NCBI RefSeq assembly: GCF_009914755.1
Contig: NC_060928.1
DNA: 64,000 nucleotides
Reading direction: 5' to 3' (one strand)
From: the human T2T-CHM13v2.0 reference genome, Homo sapiens
The notes under the pieces were generated by a model that was given only the letters and a program-made list of their open reading frames with translations, did not search any database and was not told where the DNA came from. The position numbers and the translations under genes are program-made. Positions 19,325-35,794 of the stretch are shown in pieces (the stretch's first letter is position 1; every line of letters begins with the position of its first letter).

Positions 19325-19740
19325 GTGTTTCCAAATCCCATTTCTCCTCTTGTCCCACAGCTGGGAAAGCCAATAAGGAAGCCCTCACTCTTCCTCCCTT
19401 GCCACTGGCAGGAAGTTGTTTAAACCATGCACATAGAAACTCTTATAGGCTGCCTTTAATGACAATAAAAACAAAGCCCTTCATTTTGCTCAAGCTTTTG
19501 TGCCTGTCCTGCTGTCACTGGTAGTACCATTATGTGAGCTTTTCATACCCTCTTGATATATGCATGCTGTCATCAGTCTAGGCATATGAACCAATTTTGT
19601 TGTGAGGGGAGTGAGCAACCACCAAATACCTTTCCTTTTTATCTTTTCAAATCTTTCTCCCATCTGATATCTCCTCTTGGGTCCTTGAAGGCAAAACTCT
19701 TTAATGCTCCGATTCCTCTGTTCCCATTGTCCCTTTAACA
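19325..19740 (+). mobile_element. Possible old ERV solo LTR
   Basis: Begins tgt, ends ..ttaaca, internal aataaa; family not identified. Confidence 0.3.
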
Positions 19741-20591
19741 CAATTCAATGAGACTTTCATCCCACCTCCCCACAGAATCTCTTCTTGCCAATGTCAGCAA
19801 AATTCTTCAGATTCTTTGGGATTCCAAGGTCAATTTTTGGAATTCCTGTTTGAATTATCAGCAGCATTTGATTCAGTTAATTACTCTCCCCACTTTGAAA
19901 TTTTTTTTTCCTGCTGGCTTCTAAGACAGCCTAATTTATTAGTGTCCCCTACCTCACTGGTGCTTCTTCTCAGTCTCTTTTAATTGTTCCTCTGCATCTT
20001 CCTAACTTCTTAATGTTGGAATGCCCTATGTTTTAGTCCTTAGATATCTCCTCTTTTCTGTCAACATCAATCCCTTGGTGATATCATCTATGAACTGAGA
20101 ACAGCCAAATTTCTGTCTCAAGAGTGACCTCTCTCCTAAACTCCAGTTGTAGGATTCAAATTCCTACTCACCATCCCTACTTAGAGGCCCTAATATCCTT
20201 TTCAAATTTAACTGTTCAAAACTGAACTCCTGATATTCTTCTCCCCCATTTTCTCTACCTGCATCCTGTCCTTCTCACTTAATAGCCACTTCATCCTCTT
20301 TATTTCTCATATGTCACACCAAATTATTGGAAGATTCTGTTGTCTCTATTTTCAGAATGTTTCCAGACACTAATACTTCTCAATACATCCACTGCTACCA
20401 CACTGAACCAAAGCATTATGATACGACAACTGGATTATTACAATACTTTCCTGACTGCTCTCTCTCTTCTACCCCCGACACCCATAGTCTATCAACATAG
20501 TAGTCAGTGTGATTCTATTACAACATAAAGCATGTTGTGTCTCCACTGCTCAAAACTTCCATTGGTTTTCTATTGCAATTAGAGCAAAAGC

Positions 20592-20645
20592 CAAAGTTCT
20601 TAAAAGAACCTACAAAGTTCTCAAAAGAACCTACAAAGTTCTCAA
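20592..20645. repeat. 21-bp tandem repeat, ~2.5 copies
   Basis: Unit caaagttct(t/c)aaaagaaccta. Confidence 0.9.
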
Positions 20646-20847
20646 TAATCTGGCATCCCACGGTCAATATGACCAAATTCTCTAATATTCCTCCCATTTC
20701 TCCCCCCAGTCCAGCTGCACTGACCTCCTTGCCTTTCCTGGGACATGCAAGACACACTTCCAGGCTTCAGTATTTCCACTGGCATTATCCTCTGCCAGGA
20801 ATAACATTCTGTCAGACAACTCCATGTCTTGAATCCTCATTTCCTTT

Positions 20848-22140
<1,293 letters not shown>

Positions 22141-22660
22141 GAATCCTCGTTTCCTTTAAAGTGTCTAAACCATTGCTTTCTCAGTAAAGTTCTCACAAAT
22201 CACCTTATTTAACCTCTTCTTCTACTAGATACGTCCTGTTCTCTGTTTGTTTGTTTTTTTCGACAAAGTACTTGAGACTCTCTAACATACATATATTAAT
22301 ATTTAATTAAAGTGTTTGCTTTTTGTCTCACACTAATAGAATACATCATTTCCAAGAATAAAAATGTTTTATTTTTCTGTTTTGTTTTCTGCCATATCCA
22401 CAATACCTAGAATAATACCTGATTTGTAGCAAGCACTCAGTAAATTTTTGTTCCATCTCTGAATCTTCTTCTTTCTTCCAATTCTCATTGCTAGTATTTT
22501 TTGACTTAAGCCTTCATCACCTCTTTCTCAGTTTCTTGTAACTATCTTCTAACTTGTTTCCCTGTGTTAAGTTTCAAACTCCTAAAACTCATCATTTTCT
22601 AAAGTGATCTTTCTAAAGCATATCTTTGCTCATACTTCTGTGCTCAAAAATCTTCACTGA

Positions 22661-22956
22661 GGCCAGGCACGGTGGCTTACGCCTGTAGTGCCAGCACTTT
22701 GAGAGGCTGAGGCAGGCAGATCACTAAAGGCCAGTAGTTCAAGACCAGCCTGGCCAACATTGGCAGAACCCCGTCTCTACCAAAAATACAAAAATTAGCT
22801 GTGTGTGGTGGCGTACACTTGTAATCCCAGCTACTCAGGAGGCTGAGGCAGGAGAATTGCTTGAACCCAGGAGGTAGAGGTTGCAGTGAGGCAAGATTGT
22901 GTCACTGCGCTCCAGCCTGAGTGACAGAAGGAGACTCCACATCAAGAAAAAAAAAA
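22661..22956 (+). mobile_element. AluS
   Basis: ggccaggcacggtggc start, dimer structure, A tail. Confidence 0.95.
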
Positions 22957-25203
22957 TTCATTGTCTCCCACTATCAAATATCGAAGATAGTTTTTTCTAA
23001 ATATTGGAGTGTTACAACATCACACTTGATTCTTCACCCTACAGTTTCCAAGGTCCTATCCAAAACTTTGTTAATACAAATCTAAAAAACGAGGCCATTG
23101 TACCTAAAATGTTTTAAAATAAAATAAAACATGATTAAAGGCACTAGTCATTTCAAGGATCACAAACCCAGAAGTCTTAGGAAAGCCTCCCAGTTAATTT
23201 AGAAATCTGGCCTTAACTTACCTTTCCAGTCTTCACTCTGTCTCTTTCATTTTATCCACTCAATGCGTAAGACAGTGTAGACAGCTAACTAATGTGTGGC
23301 CTTAGATTATAGAAATAAATTGTTACATATGGGAAAGTATGTGACCTGGTTAAGAGAAACTACAAGAAAGAGTTTGTTATTCTGGGGATGACAAGTCATC
23401 TACGATTTTTAAAATTTAATCTGTTCAACTAAATGGCTAACTCTAAATGAATAGCTAGGTGAAAAATATTCCATTTGGTGAAAAAGCATGTTCTCATTAC
23501 AAATTTTGGTTATGGTCAATATCGAAGATTTAAACCAACTTAATTTAAAACTATCTTAAAAAGTTTCTTTAATGAGAGACTTTTCTTATTTGGTATAATA
23601 CATTACACTTGATCATCAATCACTATATAATTGAATTGTAAATTGTGAAAAGTTCAAGTGACAAAGTATATTATCAGTTTTCATCCATTTCTTCCATTAT
23701 TGAAAATTGGTTGTTAACATAAATGTAAAGCTTAATTTCAAGATGGGAAAATCTACATATTTCTAAATTTGAAACATTCTATAATAAATAGAAAAACATT
23801 TAATAAGGGATCCATAACCAAATAATACTAGATGACATTAGTAGTTGTAAACATAAAGGTTTAAATTTTTCATTTTATAGATAGAATTATTACAGTTATA
23901 ACATATTATTGTTATGAAGTATAAAGGTAAGCTATTCATCATAAATCTCAAGGCACTTCTAATGGACTGAATATATTTGATTTCTCCTAGAAAATCCTGT
24001 TTACTTCCCTCTATATCAAATACTATTTTACTACAAGAAATGTTTTGCTTCCTCAATGGGCCTGCGCTCTGTTCCTATTGTGTGTGATTTCATTATTTTA
24101 TATATTTAAATTTTAATCCCATTCCTAAAAGGCTATTTATTTCCCCTTTAGTATTCTCTCTGTAACATGAGTACTCCCTCAGCACATGAATCACTGGTTT
24201 TACTTATAATATGACGACCCAACCAGTCCGGCTTCCTCTAAGAATGCTTTAAAAAAATTATTTGCCTATGATATACACCTAGCCTTCATATTTTAACTCT
24301 ACTAAGTCAGAATCCCTGGAAAAAAGACTATTCCATATAACATGTGCCTCTGTGATATCTGACCAAAGATGATTAAGAAACCCACAAACCATTGGCCTGA
24401 GACAATTCTACCCACAGGCTAAGCCACCCATTAAATTTCTTTCCTAGGAATTTGGAATTTAAGTACAGATACTGACAGACTGAGATATAGTTTAGCAAAA
24501 CGGGAAGAAAAGCAGACAAAGCAGGAACATGTAAGTGAAAATGAAGTCAGAGAAATTAGAGAGAAGCCCTGAAGAACCAGTTGTTGATCACCAGAAGCTA
24601 CTCCAGTTCTTGATTTTCTAAGGCCAAGTATTTCAGTTTTTGTGGATTTCTATGGGATTTTTGTATCTTTTCTCTGTGTTTGGTTAAGCTTGATTGGATT
24701 TCTGTTCCTGATCAACCAAAGAAAGGATGTCAGAGTCTAAAAATCATGTATTCAATTATTCTGTTGTGTTTGTATGTAAAATTTGTGTTAATTTTCCTGA
24801 TTTATGTTTTTGCATATTTTGTAATTTTATTTTTCAAAAATAGAATTCATTATATTTAATTAAGCTGAAGAGAAATATTAAACAACACAATGAATGTAAT
24901 CAGTAATTTTGCTATTTTTCATTTTTGTTTATTTTTTATTTTGGTTTTATTTTTAGTTATTTTTTATTGCTTTTCCTTAAAAGAGCATCTTATGGTATTA
25001 TTTGGTGCATTAAATGTTAATTTCTTTTTAAAGAAAGTCAGAATTTCTCCCTGACTTGGAAGTAAAGGGTTTGGTTCATATGCCAAATTCTCTATGGTTT
25101 ATGTATCTCTTAATTAATCAATGGCTGGAAGTAGCATAATTGCAAAGCCTACATCACAATTAACAAGCACCAAGTGATAGCCATGATCATTGAAAACACA
25201 GGA

Positions 25204-25440
25204 CAGTTGACCCTTGAACAAAATAGGTTTGAACTGCACAGGTCCACTTTCACCCAGATTTTTTTCAACCAAACAAAGATTGTAAATATAATACACATGT
25301 ATGTAAAACCTGTGTATAACAGAGGGTCATCTTTTCATATATGTGGGTTCCGTAGGGCCAACTGTGAACTTGAGTATGCACGAATTTTGGTATTCGCAGG
25401 AGTTCTAGAACTGATTCCTATCGATACTGAGTGATGACTG
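25204..25440. mobile_element. MER8 (Tigger2-derived MITE)
   Basis: cagttgacccttgaac..tttgaactgc..ggtccactt ... gatgactg followed by TA; ~237 bp. Confidence 0.85.
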
Positions 25441-25715
25441 TACTCAGAAAAAGAATAAATCTTACTTAATAATCAAACCCTGAAGTGAAACTTTTCTTGA
25501 CATCTTGAATGCTTGAGCAGCCCCTCTTGAAGCAAGAATATTGCAAAGTAGTCTGATTTGTTTTAAAATTATTAACAACTTGACTGGAAATACAATCTCA
25601 CACCCAGCAAATTCATATAAAGAAGCAGAAGGTAAAATATAGGGTAATCAAAGCAAATGTCTACATGGTGCTAAATATCTGGATATTTAAAGTTAAGCAA
25701 AAAAGCATCTAATTA

Positions 25716-26046
<331 letters not shown>

Positions 26047-26174
26047 TCAGAGTGTTATATAAAATAAATTTCCTCGTGCACAAATTTTAGAAAATAATTA
26101 CTAAAAATATCTAGACAGCTCTGCTGTTTTGCTCATTTACTCTTATGTATATTGCTTCAACTATCACTCAAAGC

Positions 26175-26690
<516 letters not shown>

Positions 26691-27904
26691 AGAGAAAGAT
26701 TGCAAAGTAACTCACATTGTGCCAAGAGGTAGAAAAATCCAGTAACTTACAATGTAACACACAGCCGTACTAAACAATGGCATCACCATCCCATCACCCC
26801 AAAAGTTATTTATTTGAAGTCCATATGATGTGAACATCTTTCTAGATTGGGTGCTTCTTAAATGCATAATTCAGAAGGTTGCTTTACACACCATATCTAT
26901 GTGATTGACTTCCTCTGTAGATGTGGATAGTAGAGTCAGGATGAAAAAACACTGTGCATCTTCTGCTAGGAGCACTTTGTGAGCTCCATTTTTCTCCAGT
27001 ATGCATATGCATGAGGCAGGGCACAGCACTAAAAACAGCAACAACACTGTGATAAACAGAAAATGTGTGTTATCAGTTTATTCTTATTTCAAAATCTTTA
27101 ATTTTGAATACGCACATATTAATTTGTGTTCAGATCTTCTCTTAAGGATGCATGCTGTGTGTGTGGTCCTAATATATGGATTTACTGAAAGTTCTTTTCT
27201 TTCTTTTATAAACACTTGATAAGATCAGTAAAAAAATTTTCTAGTGACTCTTTATTCTTTTCCAGGGGGTATTTTTAAAAAATAATCTTAACTTGAGGGA
27301 GTGGTTATTTGAGTACATTACAAACATCTAGTATACAAACCAGCCTTGAAATTTCTACTTTCTCTCAATAACAGTTTGGTAGGGACGGGATTTGGCTGCA
27401 GTATCCAGCACTCCATATGTTTGATTTCGAATATTTTCCATGTTGTCACTATTTTTTCACAGATGCACAGATGAAAGGCAAAGTAGATTAAGCTGCCATA
27501 AAATACTAAACTGTATTTTACAACAACTGCATGATGACTACCAATGAATGCCTACTGAAAACTCTCATGGGCAGGTTTGTTTTTTTGTTTGTTTGTTTGT
27601 GTTTTTTGCCTTTATATCTAGGTGGCAAAGAAAGAAAGGGCTGGAAGCATCTCAGAAGTCATTCAGTGTATTATCCTGTCTCTAATGAAGCCTAGATTTT
27701 GATCCACTGAAAAAGAATGTAAATTTATCCTTTTGCTTTGAAGTGCACAAAAAGTAAAACTTTAAAACATTCCAGTTTAAAAGTCTTTAATTTGATTTAA
27801 CACCTATTGATTACCTATGCCAAATACATACATACAAAAAAAAAATGTCATGGTCCCTGCCCTTAAAATTTTCATAGTGGCCCCAAAGCATACTTAGTTA
27901 AAAA

Positions 27905-28090
27905 CAACAAATGTCAAATGCTTTACTCATTAAAGAGTACTTCACAACGTTCCTGTGAGACAGTTATTGTATTATCCTCATTTACAGAAGAGGAAGTCAA
28001 TTTTTCCAAAGACACATAACTAAGTGTGCAGAGTTAAGATTAACATCAAAGTAATTCTAAAGCCCATTCTCATTCCACGGCACCATGTTT
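27905..28090 (-). mobile_element. MIR fragment
   Basis: Core in reverse: attatcctcatttacagaagaggaa. Confidence 0.55.
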
Positions 28091-28840
28091 CCATTTAACT
28101 GATGCCATGTCTGTTCCTGATAGTCACAGAGGGTCTTTGAGCAGTGATTTGGGACTGCACACTAAAATGAGACAGAAACAACTATAAGGTGTGTCTTCCT
28201 CTCCAAAGATGACTTCTGGAGGAAAACAGTCTAACACATTTGCAGAAAATGTACGCAGTTTTATAATCTAGTCCAGTAAAAGCATAATCTAACCCATCTA
28301 AAGCATGATCTAATCCAATCTACCTCCTGAACTCAATGCAGACATTGCTAATCAACCCCAGAACATCTGAATGTAGCCCTAGGTACTTTCTTCACAAAGA
28401 GCTGACAGTGGCCATTACCAAATCTTTAGAGTTAACGTATCAAATGAAAACTGCTTGTTATGTTTCCTCTATTGTAAACCTTATTTCCCCAGGAGTAGAG
28501 TAATACTGAGTATACTATAAATCCTTAATGAAACATTTGGTACTATAAAAATATCAAGTTACATGGCATCTAGAATTTATTCTCAATTAACCAGCTTTAT
28601 TTTGTTGTAGAAGAAAATGATAATAGTTTCACAAAATGTATTATTCATATAAATTTCTAATTATGAGTTTTTTTTCTGATTTTAATAACTCTCTTCTTTT
28701 TTGTACTAGTGTAATTAATTTTAACAGGGGATTAAACCAGAAGTTAGGCCACATCAGATTGAGTCACAAGTGGAAGGTTTTGAAGAAGAGGTGTTGTGTA
28801 TACCTTACTCAATTTAGAAGCTTTAGTCTAAAACTGCTTA

Positions 28841-29155
<315 letters not shown>

Positions 29156-29690
29156 ACTGTTTATTTGGAGGTAAAGGCCCATGAAAAAGGGTGTGAATTC
29201 ATTAAAAAGTAATCAAATGCAAGAAATGCCATATTTTAAATGAAATTATCCTAGCTTGGAGTGTTCAGCCACTAAGATGGCAGAATGTCTAAGCATTTGG
29301 GGAGCTCCATCATTTCTCCTTAAGATTTTATAAGAATATTGAGGCCTAGTTTGTTTCAGGAACATGGGAGACAGCATAGAGTATGTAGCTGCCTAATGTT
29401 GATTCATAAATCCTGGATGAGCCGTGTTCTTTCTGGTGAACCACAGAGATGCCTCTAAAGCTTTAACCCAGTGTCGTTCATAAAGAAACCTTCATCACTG
29501 CTCTCACAGCCACAGTGTCCATGGACCAACTTCCATAGGTATTTTGTAGCCTTCCCCCATTGAACTCTTGTCACACTGCAGGAGATGGAGAACAGATTTC
29601 TACCATCTCTCAATTCTCACAGTATGAGAACCTCACCGTTTCCCAGATCAGGCTACCTCCAACCTGTTCTCTCTGCCTCTAACTCTAAAG

Positions 29691-30004
29691 AGCAGTGCTA
29701 TCCAATCCAGTGGCCATTAGCTCCATATAGCTATTGAGCACCATGAAAATGTAGCCAGTCTGAATTAGGTATTCTGTAGGTATAAAAATCATACTGTGTG
29801 TCAAACATTTCATATGAAAGGAAGAACTTAAAGTACTTGCATTAATAATTTTTACACTGACTACGTATTGAAACAATATTTTAGATATATTAACTAAAAT
29901 CTATTATTAAGATTATTTTCACTCTTTTTACTTTAAAAAATACAGCTATAAAATAATTAAAATTATAAGTGTGGCTCACATTGTATTTTATTGGACAGTG
30001 CTTC
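29691..30004. mobile_element. MER33/MER3-type hAT-Charlie element
   Basis: Terminal inverted repeats cagtgctatccaat / attggacagtgct; gtggctcacattgtattt. Confidence 0.75.
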
Positions 30005-32074
30005 TCGCAGACAATTTCAGATAAACTTTTTGATGAGCCTGTCTTCATAAATAATGCCTGGATTGTTACCTATTTTAAGGTGTTCCCCCCAAACAAAGAG
30101 ATTCAATTATTATATATTCGCTTGTTCTCAAGAGAGCTTAGAGAGATAAAACTTATGGCTGTCTTGGAAAAGGCAAAGAGAAAAACATTTCTCTTTGTTT
30201 TTCTTCCAAAACATCTAGTGAGAAAAATACACAGTTAATTTCTTAGTTAGAAATATCTCAGAACTATCATCACTACTGTGAGATTAAAACATGGACACAA
30301 GGTAAGAAAAGCTAACTTCCCTTATGTTACAATAAATTATGTGGCATACTGTTTCTGGTTACTTTGGGTTTCTGTTTCCATGTCTCAAGCATAGAGCCGG
30401 CCACTTAATCTCCTTCCATCTAGACCTCATCTACCATGCAAATCATCACCTTGTTTTCCATGTCTTTACAAAGAAAAATGATCAGACCGTGGCAGAGAAA
30501 ATCAGGTTCCACCAAAAGTTTTAACCCTCTATCCTTGTAGAAAATTTAATTTTCTATCCTGACGCAGTTGGCCATGCCACATGTAGATATATTGTGTAGA
30601 CAGATTATTGCAAAGCAGAATTATCAGACCATCAAATTATTTTCCTCATTCAGTAAATGTTTCCTGCAGTTTCACTTACATTTTTATTCTCCTTCTCATA
30701 GAACATGGCTCTGCTGTATATCTGACTCTCTTAGTATCATTTCAATCAAGTGATTTACACATCTCTGGCTCTACCTGTATATTTCAGTGCCCTCTTGGGT
30801 TTCATAAAAAGGCATGGCTTTTGTGACTTGTGGTAAAAAACACAGTGTTCTGATCCAGTGCCCAAGTTAAGTAATATAGAAAATTACTCTTTCTTGAAGG
30901 TGGATGCTTTTCTTCAGAACTAAATTTGATGACAATTTTAATTGCTACTAATATAAAGTGAACACTTGTTTTAGAGAAAACAATAGAAATGGCTTTTCAT
31001 TGAAATTTAAAATGCTTGGAAAGTCTTATATTAATTGATGTCTATAGTCTTCTAACTCATGCCTGAAAACTGTGCCAAAATCTAGTATCCTATCTGCATT
31101 TCATAAGATGTGGGTAAAGGTCTTGATTTTGCTATCTTTTTAATGCTTGATTTTCCAGAAAACACATTACATTTCTAAACTGATATATTCAAAACCATAC
31201 TAAAATTGACATGATTCTGCTACAATTAAGCAAAGTAAGACACTATCCAAAAAAATTCCTTCTCAGGAACATTACAAAAGATATATGAGTTTCCATTAGA
31301 CAACTTTTTCTGGCAAGCATTTACACTGGATAGTCCCATTAGCTTGTTTATGTTTTATTTATCAACTCTAAAGTAGATATTATTCTAATGATGTTAGAGT
31401 TTTTTTAGATATTGACATCTATGAAAATATTAAGGTAGGTGGTTATTAATATTTCATATTGAGAGAAGTGGTAGAGGAGTGATCTTCAATTCCAGTATGT
31501 GGTAATAGAATTTTAAAGGCACTGTTTCGCTATTGAGCTGTATTAGAGAATGGGGTTCTGAAAATAAATTAAGAACCACGTTGGTGACTGGGTGGTTGGT
31601 GAAAAATCTTAATGAAAAATAGTTTAAATCTGTCTTCTATTGCCTTCACATACCATAATTGAATTTTTAATTTCAGAAAGATGAGAAAATACACACGTTT
31701 TGTCCAAAAAAAATTAACCGGTGTTGTAATTCACTGGGTTGGTTTAATTGTCCAGTTTTATATGAAATAAATACAATAGAGTTTTTAATTAAGGCTTCTA
31801 AATATGGTATGCCAATAATCACCAACTCAATCTATTTCTTCTGCTCCAGTCCTCTGCTGAAATTATTTGCAATAAGACCATCAAGTCACCAATGCCCTCC
31901 TTATGTTGAATGCCAAATTTCATTGCTTCATTGATTCAATGCCATTGCCATATATGATCTCATGTAATATTTAGTAATTTAAACTCTCACCTTGCATTGT
32001 CCTTTGTGTAAATGTTTTTTCTTGGTTTTGCTTGTACTCTGAGGCTCTTCACTCAGATTTCCTTATGTGGTTTC

Positions 32075-33310
32075 TGTCTTAATGTTTAGATAAAGGGATT
32101 TTATTGAAGAGATTATTTGCCGAGGTGTTGGAAGGGTTAAGATAAAAAACTAGGGAAATAGCATGCAGCAACTCACAAAAGAAAGAAGCCATTACCACTC
32201 CTAGGCTTGAAGGGAAGAGGGTGCTCCTGAAACACATTGAGAACTGGATCCAGGAAAGAGGGCCGAACTGGCGCATGTTTTATTTGAAGAAGGATTCAGC
32301 AACTTATAGAAAAAGAGTGATATGGTAGGGGGGCAAGGAAGTGCTGGGTAGAGAAAGGCAGGGTCCTTGGCAAGGGTTCTGCCCTCGGGCTTGTGCCAAT
32401 GGACCTAGGTAAGGAGACGCATTCCAGTTTTCATGTCTAAATGTTGCATTTTCCAAGACCATCCTGACCCACCACGTCCCCATCCTGTGACTATAAAAAC
32501 CCTGAGACCCTAGCGAGCACACACAAGCAGCTGGATGTCGAGAGGAACACACGAAAAAAAACCAGCAGATGTCAGTAGGCCATCTACAGCAGGACTACGC
32601 GAAGTTCAGTTGAGGGCGGTCAGAGAGGAGCCCCACTGCTGAGCGGCCTGACTTCAGGGGACGACCATCCCCCTTCTGGCTCGCATCCATCTGCTGAAAG
32701 CTATCTGCATCATTCAATAAAGCCTGGCACTCATTCTCCAAGCCCACGTGTGATCCGATTTTTTAAGTACACTAGGGCAACAACCCCAGGATACAGAAAG
32801 CCCTCTGTCCTTACGGTAAGAGAGAGGGTCTAAATGAGCTGATTAACACAAGCCACTTACAGATGGCAACACTAAAAGAGCACACTGTAACGCATGCCCC
32901 GTGGGGCTTCAGGAGCTGTAAACATTCACCTCTGGACACTGCCTTGGGGTTGGAGCCCATGACCAAGACCTGCCCGTCTGCATGCTTCCCCTAGGGATGT
33001 GAGCAACAGGGTACAAAAGAAACCAGTCACACCCCTAGTCACAAGTCCTTCGAGGGGAATAAGGGAACTTTTCCTGTTTCAACAGTACCATAGTAGGAGC
33101 GATCATGGAGAAGGAAATTTCCCAATCTCTCTCTGATTTCTTTGTGATGATCTCAATGCCTCTTCTTTGTAAAACCTAAAAGGAAGCCAGCCAGAAAAGA
33201 ACTTGGATAAATACAGTCTCTACAGGTCAGCTCCCTAGGGACTAGAGCTGATCAAAGATGTCAGAGAAGGTGTCTGAGGTGGGAGTGGAGGCAAACAGAA
33301 AATCAAGAAT
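32075..33310 (-). mobile_element. LTR33-like ERVL LTR split by the LTR1-like insertion
   Basis: ggaagccag..aggtcagctccc..gaggcaaacagaaaat resembles LTR33 in reverse. Confidence 0.45.
32318..33081 (+). mobile_element. ERV1 solo LTR (LTR1-like)
   Basis: TG..CA termini; ggaagtgctgggtagag..ggacctagg; tataaaa ~32492; aataaa ~32716; near-TSD agag/acag. Confidence 0.75.
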
Positions 33311-33948
33311 GTATAGTGAAAAAAAGGCATCTATAGTATCTTTTTATTTTCAAAAGCCAGAAAACACACACCCCCCCACACACACAAAGTAGACTATTAG
33401 TTATCCTTAGAAATAAAATAACACTAAATTACAAACTATGAAGAAAAACTACTAACACTTTGTATTGCCAAACTTTCCTAATCTAATAGGTAAAGAATGA
33501 AATTTCATTTTAAGAATCATTTTGTAGTATGGTTGGCCAATTGTATTTAATTTCTTCTATGTAAAGTGCTTACTGGTTTATTTTGTCCACTTTTTTAAAG
33601 AACTGTTGACTTTCTTATGTATAAAAACATCTTATAACTAAACAAATGAACCATATGTCAATTATGTTGCAAAAACTCCATCCCATCACTGATTAGAGTG
33701 ATCAACCTTCAGTAGTTTTGTATATTTCAGAATTTTTCTATCCATATGCAGCTATATATGTGTATACCTTTTCTATATAAGGGATGTATACGCTTTATCA
33801 TACATCTTAACTTACAAGCTATTCAGTATTTGCTTAATAAGCTTTTAAATCTTTTTTCATTTATAGTATATTTGCAGAGGTTATTTTTTAATCATAATAT
33901 ATATTAACACATTCATTTTAAAGACCAAAAATACTGCAATGTATGTAA

Positions 33949-34106
33949 TTTTTTTTTTCCAGAAAGGGTCTCACTCTGTCACCCAGAGGGTGTGCAGTGG
34001 TGTTATCATAGATCACTACAGACTCAAACTTTTGGCCCTAAGCAATCCTCCTTCCTTGGCCTCCCAAAGTGCTGGGATTAGAGGTGTAAGCTACCACGCA
34101 TGACCT
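33949..34106 (-). mobile_element. Alu monomer (FLAM-like)
   Basis: gggtctcactctgtcaccc..ttggcctcccaaagtgctgggatta; flanked by tgtatgta direct repeat. Confidence 0.8.
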
Positions 34107-35532
34107 GTATGTACTATTTCACTGAAAAATGTTTCATACTTCTGATTGGTTGTTTCTGGTACTTGATACTACAAGTAGTGCTACATATTGTATATATATC
34201 TTTTTAAATATATACCAGTATATCTGTAGGAAATCATTGGGTTGAAGATTATGAGCAATTTCAATCTCAACAGTTACTATCAAGTGGTTAATCAAAAGAA
34301 AAAGTGCCAATTTAATTCCATTAATGGTGAGCGAGAACTTGTGTTAATCAAACATTTTAACTTTTGCCAACGTGAGAGACAAAAAATGGAATGTCATTGT
34401 CATATTAATTTGAGTGTCTTTGATTCTGAGTGAAGCTGGTTATATTTTGAATTCTACAGGGCATTTGCATTTCTTCTATAAATTGTCTATACATAATATT
34501 TGCTGGTTATATATATGTGTACAGATATATGTATTTATATAAAATCTATTGATTTTATATAGCTATTTAAATTTCATAATTTTTGTTCACTTAATCTTTC
34601 TTGGGGTGAGAAAAGTAGACATATCCAAGGAATATAATACAAACCATAAATGAAGCAAATGCATATATGGAGATTTAGAGATGTGACATTTTACACCAAT
34701 AAGAGAAAAGATGGATTGTTTTATTAAAGTGGTTTGGAATAACTGCTAGCAATCTGGAATAAATAAATCTGTATCTCAACATCACCCTTTCACGACAATA
34801 ATTTTTAGACAGATCAAAGTGGGAAATGTAAAAATTAATGTCATAAGGAATAAATAAATGAGTGCATTTATTTATTATTTTAGTGTAGGAAATAACTTTT
34901 CTCATGGGACACACACCCAAGAAACTATAGAGAAAACTATTGTTAAAATTGCCTATACCAAAATTATTAAATGTAAATACAGGAGAAAATCTTATAAAGA
35001 AGTACAAATGGCAAATAATAAACTAAGAATATGTTTTTTGAAGATATAAAGGCATTAAAGATAACACATTAACAACACAACAACCCACTAAAAATGGATA
35101 GATTATATAAACAATATTACAAATTTACAAACATCATAATCAACAACATGCAATTTAAAATAAAAAATTAATATCACCTTTACCATAAACATTACCAAAA
35201 CCAAAAGTATTTAGTAATATTAATCTGACATTTTTATACACTGGTGAAGGAAAAAAAATTGGCTCAACCTCTTTAGAGAACAATTTGACAAAAATAAAAT
35301 TTCAAAGGCACAAAGTCTTTGATTTAGAAATTTTACTTCTGGGAATATATTCTTGTATGTACATATATACAAAATATAAGTACTGGCATTTATTAACAGT
35401 GCTTTTGTCCATCAGTATATTGTTAAAATCAAGAAAGTACAGCACTGAGGAATTTGTAGGGAATGCTCCTGTTTGTGTTGACAATTGGGACCCAGGACCT
35501 AGACTGGGATAAAAACTCTTTTTATTGTGTAT

Positions 35533-35794
35533 ATGTTCAATTGTTACCATTTGAATTTGTTCTTTTATTACTATTGATGCAACTAATAAAAGTATTACTA
35601 TCTAATATTCTGGCACTTAACATCATAGTAACATTTCACAACTCCAGATGAACTAGATACCTAATGTTCAATTGTTACCATTTGAATTTGTTCTTTTATT
35701 CCTATTGATGCAACTAATAAAAGTATTACTATCTAATATCCTAGCACTTAACATCATAGTAACATTTCACAACTCCAGGTGAACTAGATACCTA
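35533..35794. repeat. 131-bp direct tandem duplication
   Basis: 35533-35663 and 35664-35794; 4 substitutions counted by eye. Confidence 0.97.

Noticed and set aside
29350-30830. Short ORFs and exon-like stretches
   Set aside because: No recognisable protein similarity or consistent splice frame.
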